The notes below the pieces were generated by a model. The model was not told the origin of the DNA, did not search any database, and worked only from the letters and a program-made list of their open reading frames with translations. A program made the position numbers and the translations under genes. A stretch of DNA of 63,408 nt, filler included, from Phoronis australis (Eukaryota; Animalia; Phoronida): the NCBI GenBank assembly GCA_002633005.1. It is 4 parts of 4 records of this genome, joined end to end, with 100 filler letters (N's around TTAATTAATTAA, not from the genome) between each part and the next. Parts side by side here need not be neighbours in the genome. Positions count along the whole stretch, not along the records: positions 18,998 to 32,683 come from NMRA01001395.1; positions 32,784 to 56,004 come from NMRA01000318.1; 2 more parts are not named here. The stretch is one strand, 5' to 3'. Position 1 is the first letter of the stretch. Each line of letters opens with the position of its first letter. This document shows, in pieces, positions 24,425-37,734 of the stretch.

Positions 24425-27400
24425 ATGAAGATAGACAGAAACAAGTTAAAAAAAGGCACTTCTGAAGTGGTGAGTTTTGCAGTTTTAGAGTGTTATATTC
24501 CAAACAGTAGCATTCAGACAACAAGAGTCTTCACATATTGCGCACTAGACGTGATTCAAATCTATGTAACGAGACGTATATGTCTACCACAAAATAGCAA
24601 GACGCAGTCTGTGTTGAGTGTGGTACTGACATTGTAGACTGATGCAGCTGGGGAGGTGGGCAATTGTGACTGCCCAAATCCGTTTGTTCTGTTAATGTCT
24701 GATACAGGTGTCTCGTTTAAGCCAAGTCTTGATACTCAAAATTGAAACGGTTCTTAAGCTGAAGTTGTCTCTTTCGGACAAAAATTTGAAAAATTACTTG
24801 CCAATCGCATTGGTCAATCATTATGTTGGTGCGTTGCAGTTGCCATGATTAGAAAGTCGTTTCCTTACATTCCAAGTAAGGTTATTTGTCTGATGTGAAT
24901 AATACCTAGAGTTGTGACTGATCAGCAATAGCAAATGAGAATTTTCCAAAATCTGATTGGTCCAAATATATCATGGGTTCATTTGGTTGCACACTGTTCT
25001 TGTGACCTTCACTGAAACTATTCTTAAGTTATTCTTCGGTGCCTAAGTCTGCGGAAAAAGCATAAAGTTGTCGACAAGTTGGCCATGTGTCGGGAATGCT
25101 AGCGGAATTGCCCACTGTGACAGCACAGTGCTAGTGTAACAAACCATCAGAATAGCTGGAATGTTGGGCCATGCCATGTCATACTGGTAAATGGTGTTTT
25201 GTGTGATTACGTTTGTCATGTACTGTATTGTAACTCCTGAAGTTGGTTGTCTGTAAATGTCGACATGTGTGAAGTTCATTGTCGACGCTTGCTCACCGTA
25301 TGAAGAAGGTTCCTGCGCCACTTTGCTATTGCTTGTGCCTAAGTTTAGAGTCGTGATTATTGTTATTGCTGTGTTGGAGTGTCACAGTGTTGATAGATGT
25401 TGTTTCTGTTGCAGCCCAGCGAATGCCGGCTACTCATAGACAGATTGCGTGGCTGTTCTGACGAGGAGCTGCTGCCCGTCTTAAAGGAGGTGAAGTCATG
25501 GACGTATGGAAAGGTGGGTAATATATCATTCAGTGGAGCCCAATTAATGTCATACGGGGTAGAATGTCCCGGCTTTGATCTTGAAGTGTCAAAAAACAAA
25601 TCGTTTCACATTAAACCCATTTAAAGTAACCCTCATAATGTAATGACTTTAGTGTTATATTCCCAGATATTTTTATTAAAAAATCAAGAAAATTGTTTTT
25701 CATCTGCATGTGTACCTTTGATTTTCTGCGTAAAGCTTGCCTAATTCGTCTGAAATTCATTTGCATTATTAGAGATTTTCTACTTGGCACGATTAGTTTA
25801 TAAAAGTGGTTATGATCACTGCTATGTCGAAACCAGCTTAATGGAATATCCTACTCATTATCGTAATTTATGTTGAACTCGAAGGTGTGACGTATAAAGC
25901 GGGCTTCAGTGTTTCTTTTTCTCACAGTACCATGGTTCTCATTGCCCTTTGAAATGATGAAACATTGAATTCCATTGGTTCCCTGTGACCCACATCCTTC
26001 CTCCTTGCCTTGGTTTCACATATCAAGGGCGCTTATGACTAGATTTCAGTCCTGGTTGGCTTTGCTTCGGCGTTCTTTTTCACGCTTCACCTGTTACTGG
26101 AGTTGTGCCATGAGATTTTTTGACCTCTTTTTCATTTATTCTGTATCTACTTGAGATTCTTCAATCTTTCTTTTAGTTCTCTGCTTTGGAAGGAGTTTGA
26201 GCTTTTTGGTGATGAAGCATATGTCATATGAATGGGACGGTGTGAAAGAACACAAAATATTTGCACTTATAACGTAAATTCTTTAAAATGTGGTCACTGT
26301 GTCTGATAAAACTGCTACTGTGTTCATGCGAGGATGCACACATTTTTATAGGATGGCTTTTTATGGATTAATTGTCTTTTGCGTAATGTAAGAGACCATG
26401 TGCCCTTTAATTGAAAAATATGTGTTCTAGCGCAACCTACTGTTGTTTACAGATAAGGAAACATTGTAAATCACTTAGATTGGCAAAATGTCTTTAAGCC
26501 GTGTGAAATTTGTTTAAGTAGCAGCTTACAAAGGTTTAGCATGGAAGTGTTTCATTTCAATCAGCCATTTGCTACACTAATGTCCCTGTTGTCCTGTCAT
26601 AGTGTGAGCTCTACCACTGGGCTGATGTGCTGGACTTGTTTGACGGCTGCCTGGAGAGGGCGTGCAAGCGTGACCAGGAAGACCAATGGACGCTACCCTG
26701 CGATGCTGCCGATAATTCACAGGTTAGCGTTGCCTTAGGGCGTGCGTTTACGTTAAAGTCCTTCTTGCAAACTGCCCATGTGGTTCCAATATCCGAAAAT
26801 ACTTACTACATAAATTCTTATTTTCGACACCCTTTCTTTATATTCTTTTCGCCTTTCTTGCCAAAAGCGATTTTTTAACAGTATTTGAACCTTCTCTCTG
26901 AGCGTATGGTTACCGGTTGTCATCGGTTATTTCCGTACCCACATTTCCGGCTCATCAGTTCAGGAACTTGTCCTGAACGCCGCCATTTTTTCCTTGTAAC
27001 TGAATGTGCTATGGCTTGCTCGAAAAGTCTTCATTGTTTTGTTTTATTAGTAATATATCGTGAATCGTTTGCATATGTAGTGTATTTATAGTTTGTAGTT
27101 TGTGGTCGTTGATTTTTTTTGGAATGTTACGCGTACTTAGTATGTTAAAATAGCATTGGTGTTCAGTTCCTTACGTAGGCCAGTCGAACCTAGGAACCAA
27201 TATGGGTCGAACCTAGGAACCAATATGGGTCGAACCTATTTTTTCGGTTTTATTTTTTTCCTCGTTTTGAAAAAGTACTTTACTATCATCGGAAAGGTAG
27301 TACATTCTACTCAGCAAAAATCGAAAAAGTATCAAAATCGGGGCAAGCACTGTAAAGTTATTGCAAGTTTTGTGGCGAAAGTTCGGGTCACTTTGTTTGG

Positions 27401-30400
27401 ATCGGGTCGGCCGTATTGGAGGACAGCGGGATGAGTTACGAGTTTAAAACTTTGTGTAAATTGTTTTCGCCAACAAATTACGGTGACATTTAGTTAGACA
27501 TAACTTTACTTACTATTCTGCACGATTTAGCAGTGTTCACCAAATTTCATCCTCGCAGTTGTTACTCATTAAGTGATAAATGTGCTCACAATTCCCGTTG
27601 GACTTCGTCTCATTTCTGTCGGCACCTACAATGTCGACTTTTGCTGAACTGAAAGGCATGTTCAATCGGCTACTTTGTAATTTGTGAAGATTTAACGTTG
27701 ATACATTTTGACAAGCGTTGCTACAAATAAGAAACTTTGTTCAATTTTCGTGTTTTTTGTGTTTGTGGCCAGCGACCAGTTAGGCCTAAGGGTAGTCTTG
27801 GCTCAAAGCTGCCTCCCGTTCAGTAACGCTAGGACCTCGCTAAAAAGCAAGACTTCGTGAGAATATGTGAGATTTCGCCGTGTATTTTGAATAAGAACAC
27901 GTGACTTTGACTTGGTTTTAGCTAGGACCTAGCGTAGGTCCTAGCTGAGGCTAACTAAGGTCTGCCGCGGCAGTGTTACACAGGACTAACCAGCCCGTAA
28001 TTTCATGCAAGTATCTGAAACTACCCTTGAATATATGCAGCATTCATCATTTGACCATTTTACTTCGACAAAACAGCTTGCAACCGCATGCATTTACCGT
28101 TCGCAAGTGTCTGGTCTCGATCCGCACCGGGTCCGATAGGCTGCAGTCCCGAGTCTGGCAAAATAATTTCTGTCAAAATTTATTCGCCACATTTCTTCAG
28201 CAAATTCGATAAAATTGTCTGTAGTTTGATTTTATTAAAATTAAGGCGCGCTGTCGATCATTTTATCCCCGTTTGCTGGCTGGTAACAGTACAGGCACTG
28301 CTCCAGTCGCACTGACGGCGTTTTCTTAGCCTGGGTTCCTGAATGAATTGTACTTCCCGGTTCGCGGCAAGTTCAAAATGGCGGTGTTTCTTCGGGTGCG
28401 AATCGTGAGTGGCGCGTTCATTTAAAGTGTTTTCGAGTACGGATCGTGTATTAGTTATGGGGTAGGTACTTTTTGGATCCTTATAACATCTTCTAACCAT
28501 GTAATAAGGGTTAACAACGCGTGAGAGAAGGACTTTAAATCGAGTCTGGCATTCATAGAATCATTATTTAGAGTGTGATGGTAACACAATCGACACCGTA
28601 TGTGTTGAAATGACGAAAGGACTTGATAGCTCACGAAATTCATTGCATTTTGCAGAGTGTTCCTTCTAAAATGAATACTGATTCGGTACTAGTATATAGA
28701 CAAAGTTGCTTAAGATTTGCTACTTGTGTTAATTGACAATTTTGCATTTCATGTTGCTCTGTCGTTGTGTTTCGGTCTGATTTTGAAAATTTCAAAGCAT
28801 TGTGTCCACTTACGTGTTGAACTATTTATCATTGTGAACCTTTAGTGAGCTTTGTTGAATACAAATTCATGGAGTATTTTTGCCTTGACCTCACACTCTG
28901 TTGTTGTTTGGTGTATCAGCTGAAGGAGTTGCTGTTGTTGGTGCTGGGCTTCACGGCACTTTTGATTGAGCACAGCTTTTCTCGACACCTGTACAACTCT
29001 ATGGAACATCTGGCCACACTGATGGCCTCTGACGACATGTCTGTGGTGCTGGCCGTACTCAACCTTCTTTATGTGTTTAGGTGAGTGTTGCTTTCCTCGT
29101 GTTGAAGACGCATTTAACCTCCGCTGGTTCCAGGGCCTACATTATGGAAACCTGGCCAACAGGCCCGCGGGCTTACAAATTCATAAGCCTGTTGATGGAA
29201 ATTCCTTGAAGTACAGAAATTGCGTTGTAGAGCCTGGTGTATGCTTTTCTAGTTAAAATGTTTAGTGCACATGTGATTAGTTTTAATTCCTGATTTGCAG
29301 TAGTTATCAAACTACATTCATTTGTTGTGTTTTTAATATGACCATGTGAAATGGTAGGTAGAACTAAAAATCATATGAGAATTGTCTTGCCTTTTTCATT
29401 GAGTTATGTGGCAGCTTTTCATAGGCGGGTCCAAGGGGGGCCGGGTCAAGGGGTCTTGGACCCCCTTTTTCCCTTGATTTTAGTGATATCAAATCTAAAA
29501 TTTTCAAATTCTTGATTCGACCCCCCATTTTAAAAAAACCCTGGATCCACCCCTGCTTTTGTTTCATGGCTAAGTTGCTGCATGCCATGTATATAGCATC
29601 TGAAAACCAGAACAACATGAATCAAGGTATTGGTGTCCCTGCACCAATGAAGCGGTCCTGATATGACAAGAGAGCGCCTCACTTTTGTTGATATTGGGTG
29701 GATAAGTTTTGGAAATACAATCAACTACATATCAGTACATGAATTTTCAATAATAAAAACGTCGACTAGAACCAAGTATGCCTTTTTGGATGTATGTTAA
29801 AACGCCGACTAGAACCAATATGCTTGTTTGGATGGATGCTATTAAGAAAGACTCTCGCTTCAATATTTGTTTCTTTCTCATTTCCAGCAAGCGGTCTAAC
29901 TTTATCACTCGTCTCGCCCAAGAGAAGAAACAAGCCCTAATACTGAGGCTAACACATCTTGCAGAGGTAGGTGTACTAATCAGAACATTGCAATTCTGTT
30001 TTCATGTGAAGACTTACTTGAGTCCAATTATTAACATTTTCCTGCTATTGTTTTCACGTGATGAGAACTTTATGCGATATTAATTATGCTCAAAATGTGA
30101 TAGAAGAGCACCATCTTAAACAAACATAACCCCCTTTTGAAGTTCTGTCGTATTTACCCACAATACAGTGACTCCGCCAGATTATTTTCCGATCTTGTTT
30201 TCACGCATCTGGTGAATGCTGTTAGTGCTGCTGTGTTCTTTACGGAGCTGAAAACTGCTTTCGATGTTCCGGCATTAACAGTGCAGTGAGCTGCACTGTT
30301 AATGCCGGAAAGTTTGACAAACGCATTTCAAATACCCGTGAATCCACAGCGCATTGTTCGCTGCGTACTCGGTTCAGCTTAGTGCCAGGAATTCTGGAAC

Positions 30401-32333
30401 TTGTCTTGCATTGTGTTGTCCCTCCTCCTCGAGATGGCAATGTTTTCATGAAAATAAGCCTACTGGAGCCACGTGTTTGGTCACAGGTTGTTTTCTTAGA
30501 TATCCTATAAAAAGGATCTATGTTGGCCATCTGTGAGAATCTTAAAGATGCCGCCAACCATGTTTTAGTACAGGAAACACCAATTTTTCTCATATTAAGT
30601 ATTTTTGCCATTTCATAGCAACATTATGGTGTTAACACTCCTGTTGTTCCAATGAATGTGAAAGCCCATTTGTGACCATGTTAATCCCAGTGTCGTCGCG
30701 TTTTTACAGAGTTGGGGTGGTAAAGACAACGGGTTTGGACTGGCCGCGTGCTGTCAAGATTTGCCTATATCAGTAAGTAGTGAAATGATCTGTTTGAGTT
30801 GTAATTTGGTGCTGCATTAATGTTAAAGCCTTCCTTCAAAGTATTTATGCTAATTTAGATATACATCAGGTTTTCTATTGTTATTTGCCAGCAATTGTTG
30901 CTTGGATACTTTTTGTGACCTAGTGACAAAATCGTGTCATTTATGTTGGCAGAGCTTTCCAAGCAGTGCTACTACGCTTCACTTTGAATTCTATGAAGAG
31001 AAAGTTGAGGACAAAGCAAGTAAAAAGGTAAGAGATACATTAACCTTGCCTTAAAGTACTATTCATTAGGGGTGATCAGAGGAATTTTAAAATATCATTA
31101 CAAATTGAGCAACTGGGTCACACGCTTTATTTTAAATCATAAGTTTTTGGTTTATGTGTACTCTAAGTTCTGACAGCCTCCTGATTTTAATTGGAATATT
31201 ATTGCATTACGGGCAATTTTCTGCATAAGTAAGGCGACATGTACAGGAATTGTCAGTGCCAACCCATAGCAATATCATGGGTGCTGAAATAAGTTTCTTT
31301 TGAATGTGTGGAACAGAGCAATTCAAGCATTGGTAAAGACTTCAACTGCAGCTCTTTGAAGCATAGTAGACGATTGGCCTGTGAATCAACACTGCGTGAT
31401 GCTGGACCAAATGACTGCTGGGATTGCTTAACAATAAGACCAGGTTGATAAGTGCATCAAATACGCTTTACAACTGGAGCTGAAATTAGACATGACATGG
31501 TTGAAATGCTATGTGTTCTGTGATCTAACTGTTTCAGTTTTCCTCGAGTGTGTTGGGTTGCATCCACATTGAAAATGTTGACAAAATCAAGAAACTGCCG
31601 TCGGAAATAATGGAAGACCTTGTGAAGAATTACAATGTTCCTGAATCGAGAAAGGTTGGTCATTTTTGTCTGCTCTGGGTTAACGAACGTGCTCTGATCA
31701 TTTTGTAGTGGCCCTGTGCAAAGTAACGGTTACTTGTCAACAGACTGTGTTGCCTTGATTTTCCAAAGTTGATGTGGAGTACACTTATTCGAAACAGATT
31801 CTTTCCCCTATCATTCATCCTCAGTAGAAATTTTGCCACTGTCCACCAGGTGGCGGTATAAGTTACTCCTGTGTTGTCTGTTGTCATCACTTTGCAATAG
31901 TCTCCCCTGTCGCCTGGAGGGCAACTCTCAAATCAGCATTGGATTGTGGGAATTGTGCTCAGAGTAGACACTTCGTTCCCACATGTTTGGTGGGATTCTT
32001 AAGATCTACGTGTCACCCAGAGTAATGGTAAAGTAGCGCAAATAAGTTGAAGAGCGTACAAAGTATTAGATATGAGCTCCCAAATTCTTCTGCTGGTACT
32101 CACTTTTATACGATGTCTGGAATTAAATGTCCCAAATAAGAGAGGGAATTTCAGAAGATTGTAAGCACACTACCATTTTAACATTTTGATTTTTGTTGGA
32201 AATCGCTTCATTGTTTCGGTTGTCGTATTTCAGGTGTCCTTGCTGACCCACGTGCGACTTGCTCATTCGTTTTCCGACTACGAGAAACGGGTCAAATGTG
32301 TTCAAGCCAGACTTCAGGCCATCTCTGTCCTAG
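24425..32333 (+). CDS. HUWE1: E3 ubiquitin-protein ligase HUWE1, N-terminal ~286 aa (3' truncated at scaffold join)
   Basis: Exons 24425-24469, 25415-25513, 26603-26722, 28920-29080, 29888-29966, 30710-30772, 30953-31027, 31538-31654, 32234-32333 splice in frame: [24 protein letters not shown]...[11 protein letters not shown]...[21 protein letters not shown]...[10 protein letters not shown]...[15 protein letters not shown]...ATTLHFEFY...[11 protein letters not shown], matching the known HUWE1 N-terminus. Upstream 5'UTR acceptor at 24366. Confidence 0.96.
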
Positions 32334-32380
32334 GTCAGTATGCATGTTGGTCAGGTGTTCTTAAAAAGCTCTCTTACAAC

Positions 32381-32522
32381 AACTGACCAATCACAAGCTC
32401 CACCACTTGCAAAAAGTCGACAAACAATCAATAAGTTTTACCAAAAACGTGTCATTTGTCTGGTAAAAAAGCTGCTTGGAAACGGAAGTGTGTCAAGAAT
32501 ATTGTGTTCTGATTGGTCAGTT
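32381..32522. mobile_element. small MITE-like inverted-repeat element in HUWE1 intron
   Basis: AACTGACCAATCA (32381-32393) / TGATTGGTCAGTT (32510-32522). Confidence 0.4.
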
Positions 32523-32683
32523 AAGCAGTCACTAAAAACCCTAGCAATAAGTTAATTGACCTGTCTGTTCTAGTTAAGTGACTCGTATTTACATGCTTAA
32601 ACCAAGCTTGTTTATTCTATGATTAAATTTAACTTGATCTTCAAGTTTTCTTGAATACAACTGTATTCTATCAATGTGTGTCA

Positions 32684-32783
32684 NNNNNNNNNNNNNNNNN
32701 NNNNNNNNNNNNNNNNNNNNNNNNNNNTTAATTAATTAANNNNNNNNNNNNNNNNNNNNNNNNNNNNNNNNNNNNNNNNNNNN
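32684..32783. other. synthetic scaffold spacer
   Basis: N44-TTAATTAATTAA-N44. Confidence 0.95.
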
Positions 32784-33367
32784 CCGCGCTTTGATTTCTC
32801 AAGGGTCGTGACCTCATTCCACGCTAAGAGTTCTTGCTTATAACGCTCATAGGACTTCGTCCCGCTAAATTCCGGTGGATTAATACGCATTGACATAATT
32901 GAACGCTATTCACCTGTACCCGAAGATCTTTATGAATCTGCTACCATTTGTTAGTTCGCTCAAAGACAACGCAAAAGTCCCTATCAAGTGATTATATTCG
33001 CCAGCACAATAAACGCAAACGGTCTACCAACATGGACGCTCTGGAACGCTCCTCCAGCTAGTGGGGAGAGGTGAAACACCAGAGACGCCTGGCGGCTAAT
33101 ACAAAGCTTAACACCAACAAGTTTGAGAGATAAAATGTACACCAATAACGCCACATTTACACGCATGTCTAGATTCTTAATTTACACGCATGTCTAGATT
33201 CTTTTATTACCCAGGCGCACCGTCACAGTGCGTAACCACAGCCATCCAAAGCGTTACAAAAGCGTTTGTTAACCATGAGGAAGGTGCGAGGAAAGCACGG
33301 AGAAGGCTTAACCAAACCGGAGTTAATCGCCAGCCCTACCCGGCTAGCAAACGTGAGATGACTGCTC

Positions 33368-36300
33368 TAGTCTAGACGCATTTCCTGAAAAGTGCCCTCT
33401 ATAAGGTTCTAGAAGCATTTTTAGTAAAAGTTGGGAACAATACTTTTTCACACAATCAAGGTATGGCGAATTCAACTAACCCATTTCCAAAGCCGAATTT
33501 TGCATTTTTGACCATCTAATTTGCATAAACAAAATGGCGGCCAAACTGTCAAATTCAGATGTATTTTTGTAATAGAAATCGCCATATACCATTTAAAATG
33601 ATCAAATGTCTCACCTGTACACTTCTTGTAAATACTTCTTGAGCAATACATCACTTATGAAAACTAAAAAATGCAACTTTGAAAACTAATTATGCAAATT
33701 AGGTGCCGCCATTACCATACAATGTAATTTGAGTCATCAGTTTGTGTTCCTGCAGGATAACTTGAAAAATGAGGTGTTTATACTTATATTTTCATGGTCA
33801 ACAAAAACGCTAAAGACATTTCTGGAGCAATTGATTTCATATTTATTGGGTTATAGATATATACTTACAGAATGTGGAAAACATAGTCTTTAATATGCAA
33901 TGCTCGTCAAGCAAGGTGTCACTATTTTGATGGAATATAGGACAAATGTTCACACTATACCGTTATCTTCCATTCATAAAAAATCAATAGAGTTATTGTT
34001 ATTGAAGACATTAGATTCTCAGTTTCATGAATAGTTTTCAGGCCTGCTGAACACAGTTTTAGCATTCACTTTTTGGTACGTTTTAACATGCCTGAAGCCA
34101 GGCAAATCAAACTGTTTAAAAACAAGGAGTCTGATCATGAATGTGCTGCTGGCATGTGCATAATGATGTGCATCGAAATCCAGATTTTTTGCATTTGCAT
34201 TGTCTGCTGTTGCGTTGTTTCTGGCATGCGCACAATACCATCTCTAGGCAGCTTTCTGGGATAGAACTCTGTGTCATCAGTAAGGGCTGCAAGCATAAGT
34301 TTGTGTGTCCCTCCCATATCAGAGGGTGCTGGGAGCTCAGGTACGGAACATTGATCATTTTGCCATACCTTGACTTGATAGTGCACTCTCATCAGATGGT
34401 AACAATTGACATTATGCGTTGGAGGGAAGGACTTCTGGGTTTACGGGCTTGGAGAATAGCAAATTGTGTACTACATCTACAGGTCTGTTCTGGTCGTGTT
34501 GTATATTCTGCAGACAAATACTTCTGAAGCCATCGTAATTTGCTCAGTGAGTTCACCAATCCAGAGGTTCTTAAGCAGTCTATGATGCTCTTGGAACACC
34601 TTCCATGATGATTGCTTCATGTGATTGGCAAAGTACGAGTTGGTGCCAAACCCGGTCACGGCATGAAAAGCAAACAAGTATGTTGCTGAGTATCGTACTA
34701 GTTTGTTGAAAAGTGTTTCAATATGTATATATCGTCACTTCTTTGATGTGCCTTACATCATACAGATATGCTCACATTGCATTTGTTGGAAGTGCGATAC
34801 CAGAAGCAGTAGAACATCAGGTGTCCCTGGAAAACATGATGGCCTGTGGACAGAATTCAGTACCAATCTTGCATTCTGTTTCTTCATGTGTGGATTTCAG
34901 AGTCCTCAAATCAGTTATGTCCTTAGAAGATTTAATTTAAGCCCATCTCATTTTTGAACCCTCCTGCAACCATAACCTCTCATCTTCAGGTGTCTACAAA
35001 CACAATTTATCTGACAAGAAATGTGCTAGATCAGCTTTATTCTCAGTCAGTGCCGAAAATTTGACCAGTTTTGAGGAAGAGGTAGACCACGGCAATCCAA
35101 AAATGATCACCTGATTTGCTGTGTTCCTTTACTGTGCTGTTTTCCTGTTGTGACCTTCATAGTTTCTTGAATGTATCTGTCAAATACAATGTCAATTTAT
35201 GATATCGAAACCTGTGTTTAGCACTGTTTTCATGAATGAATCAGCCAGGTTCTCGAAAGTCACATCACCATCAGGCTTGCCAAGAGCTACCAGCAAAGCT
35301 TCGCCATCAATAATGAGGCAAGCGGGCGTGTCATGAAGTTGAATTGTTTCAGGACAGTCCATGTGTTAACTATTAATACTTCGGCAAGTCAAGATTTATC
35401 TCCACTGTGCAATGTGCCACTCGTTTCTGTAAGAAAACATGAACTGGAAGAAGCTCGCGTTTGAGCACAGACGGCAAATCAACTGCCCTTATAATCCGAA
35501 GGCAGCGAAGTACATCCCTATCTGTCTTAAGAACTATTTTCTTTTCTTTGTCTTTGGTTTGTTTCATCAAATCATGTAAGTTCGCAAATGTTGGGGCATT
35601 ATTTTTGTGCATAGGCGCGTGAATTGACATGTCTGAATTAACGTATTGCTCAGTGATAATCGGTCTCGCACAAATTTCTTAATATGTTCGTGACCAAGTT
35701 CCTTGGCATGCAAAAGTGACTCTTGGATTAGTGCTGTTGCTAGGTCTTTTGTTGCAAGGCTTTGGGGCAGCTAAGGCCTTGCGGACGAGAAGATCTTCAA
35801 TCCATGGAATGCGTAAAGAAGGGAACTCTCGAAATCTGCCAAGTGGCTTCGTTACGAAACTATGTACTCCCACAGCAGTAAGTTTGTTCAGCTATATGAG
35901 ATTACAGATTAAATGAGAGTGTCCACCTCCATAAAGCTGACGAGGTTTTGGTATTACCGATGATGCTACCTCCGTTTTGCCTGCCCCATTTACCCACTGG
36001 TCAGCATCTAGCTGACAGAACATATAAGGAGATTACTTGACAACAAAATTTCCTGCTTGAAACTCTTACCAAACAGACTGTGGAAGCTTATGCATCTCGG
36101 ATAAAAAGACCGCACCCCACTCGGGCATAATTCGGTGGGGCAGCATGAGAGTAAATGAATACACAGTAGATGCAGTTCCAAAATACCATCCCGTTGAGAG
36201 CATGTGTACTTTAACAATATAGGAACCATGTACATGTAACTCCACCAGAAGCTGAAATTCACATCATCAGAACCACTGTTGACAAAATGCCCAGGAGTTT

Positions 36301-37350
36301 CCATCACTTATCCTAATTGAGAAATGTTATCAACTTCGGAATTTTCTGTGGATCATCATCTGCAGACATACTGGTAATACAAGCATGACATTCACTTCTG
36401 CAATAAACGAGAGAAGGCTTGGCACATGCAGGAGATGACACAGAGCTTGCAAAGACAGTTTGTGTGCCCTCATACTGTAGCTTTGCTGTACGACTTTCCA
36501 CTGACGACCAGTTCCGTAGGGCTTGACCAAGTACTGTACTCTCTATGCACACCTCAGCTATTCCGGAATCACTCATATGATCTTCTATGGCCTTGATAAA
36601 GTTCGTTGATACGTGAAGAACGACTAAACGAGGTACTATATTAATATATTTTGGTATTCTGCGACCGACCACGTAAGCTCCATTAATCTGCAACAGAGTT
36701 CTTGGTCGACTGTGAGGACGGTGTGTTCCTGTCCAAAATGGGCGACATGGCCATGCATCACTTTACAACAGTATTTAAAAGTCATGTTATGTTTACAATA
36801 CTTTTATGTCTTTTCTAAATAATGAGATGTTTGCAAAAAAACATTGATAATTATGATTTCTAATTTAATTTTCCAGCTTTATTAATGAGCATAAATTGTA
36901 ACTTAATGAAGAAGAATTAAAAAGCTTCACATGTGTCATAATGATTTGTCTACACCTTCAAAACATAGGTATAGACATTTCATTTGTCATGTTTGCTGCA
37001 AATTGATAAAGTTACACCGAAATTTGAATTTTTCGGTAATGGCGGAAGCTAATTAGCACAATTGGGGAATTTAATGATTTTCATTAATGTGCTCTTAAAT
37101 TTAAGAGATCTAAACACATTTATATTATGTTTTTGTAGCAAAAATTTCCTAATTATTCGTCACATGTTGTACTCCTGGTCCCAAGAATGTTTCTTATTTT
37201 GTTGGTTTGGCGGCCATTTTGTTTATGCAAATTAGATGGTCCTAAACTCAAAATCCAGCTTGGGAACAGGCATAATCAAAATCAGCACACTATAATTATG
37301 CTAAAATGATTCTTCTAGCATGCACTTTTTCCAGAAATTCGTCTAGACTA
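33368..37350 (-). mobile_element. Academ (AcademX-type) DNA transposon, decayed
   Basis: Termini TAGTCTAGACG.../...CGTCTAGACTA; subterminal IR CCATCTAATTTGCATAAACAAAATGGC; flanks ctc/ttc (imperfect 3-bp TSD). Frameshifted ORF pieces: VPRLVVLH..NFIKAI..MSDSG, NFSFWWSYMYMV..SQRDG..LHL, CLIIDGEALL, AFHAVTG..TNSYF (XPG/PIN-like), RVHYQVKVW, CAC..CKCKKSGFRCTSLCTC. Confidence 0.8.
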
Positions 37351-37452
37351 TTCGGGTTTTCGTCAGGTCTGCGTTCCGGTGACGCTACTGTCGGGATTTC
37401 CAAGAGGTATCTCTGGCGAATAATCATAATTCAGTAGCTGAACTGTACTTAC

Positions 37453-37734
37453 CGTTACAAATTTTGATGTCACAAACACGCCACGAAGGTACATCCTCAT
37501 CTTCTATGTAACACCAAGGACCACCCTCATAATGATCTGGATTTCGACAAAGATTCGAAAATTGCACGGCTCTTGGCCACATGTTATAGGATGCCAATAA
37601 ACGTTTACTTGTGGACATGTGCCTTTGAACATCCGGAGTACCCCATACTCTGCACCGTTGTCCCGTCTTGGCGTAGTCAATGTCGCCGTAATAGCTAAGT
37701 CCCTTAACGTCAACTTTGCATCCGGGATTTGTCT
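37453..37734 (-). CDS. isolated kringle-domain exon (phase 1-1)
   Basis: CAG|...|GTAAGT boundaries; ETNPGCKVDVKGLSYYGDIDYAKTGQRCRVW...NLCRNPDHYEGGPWCYIEDEDVPSWRVCDIKIC has six kringle Cys and the CRNPD and PWCY motifs. Confidence 0.85.
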
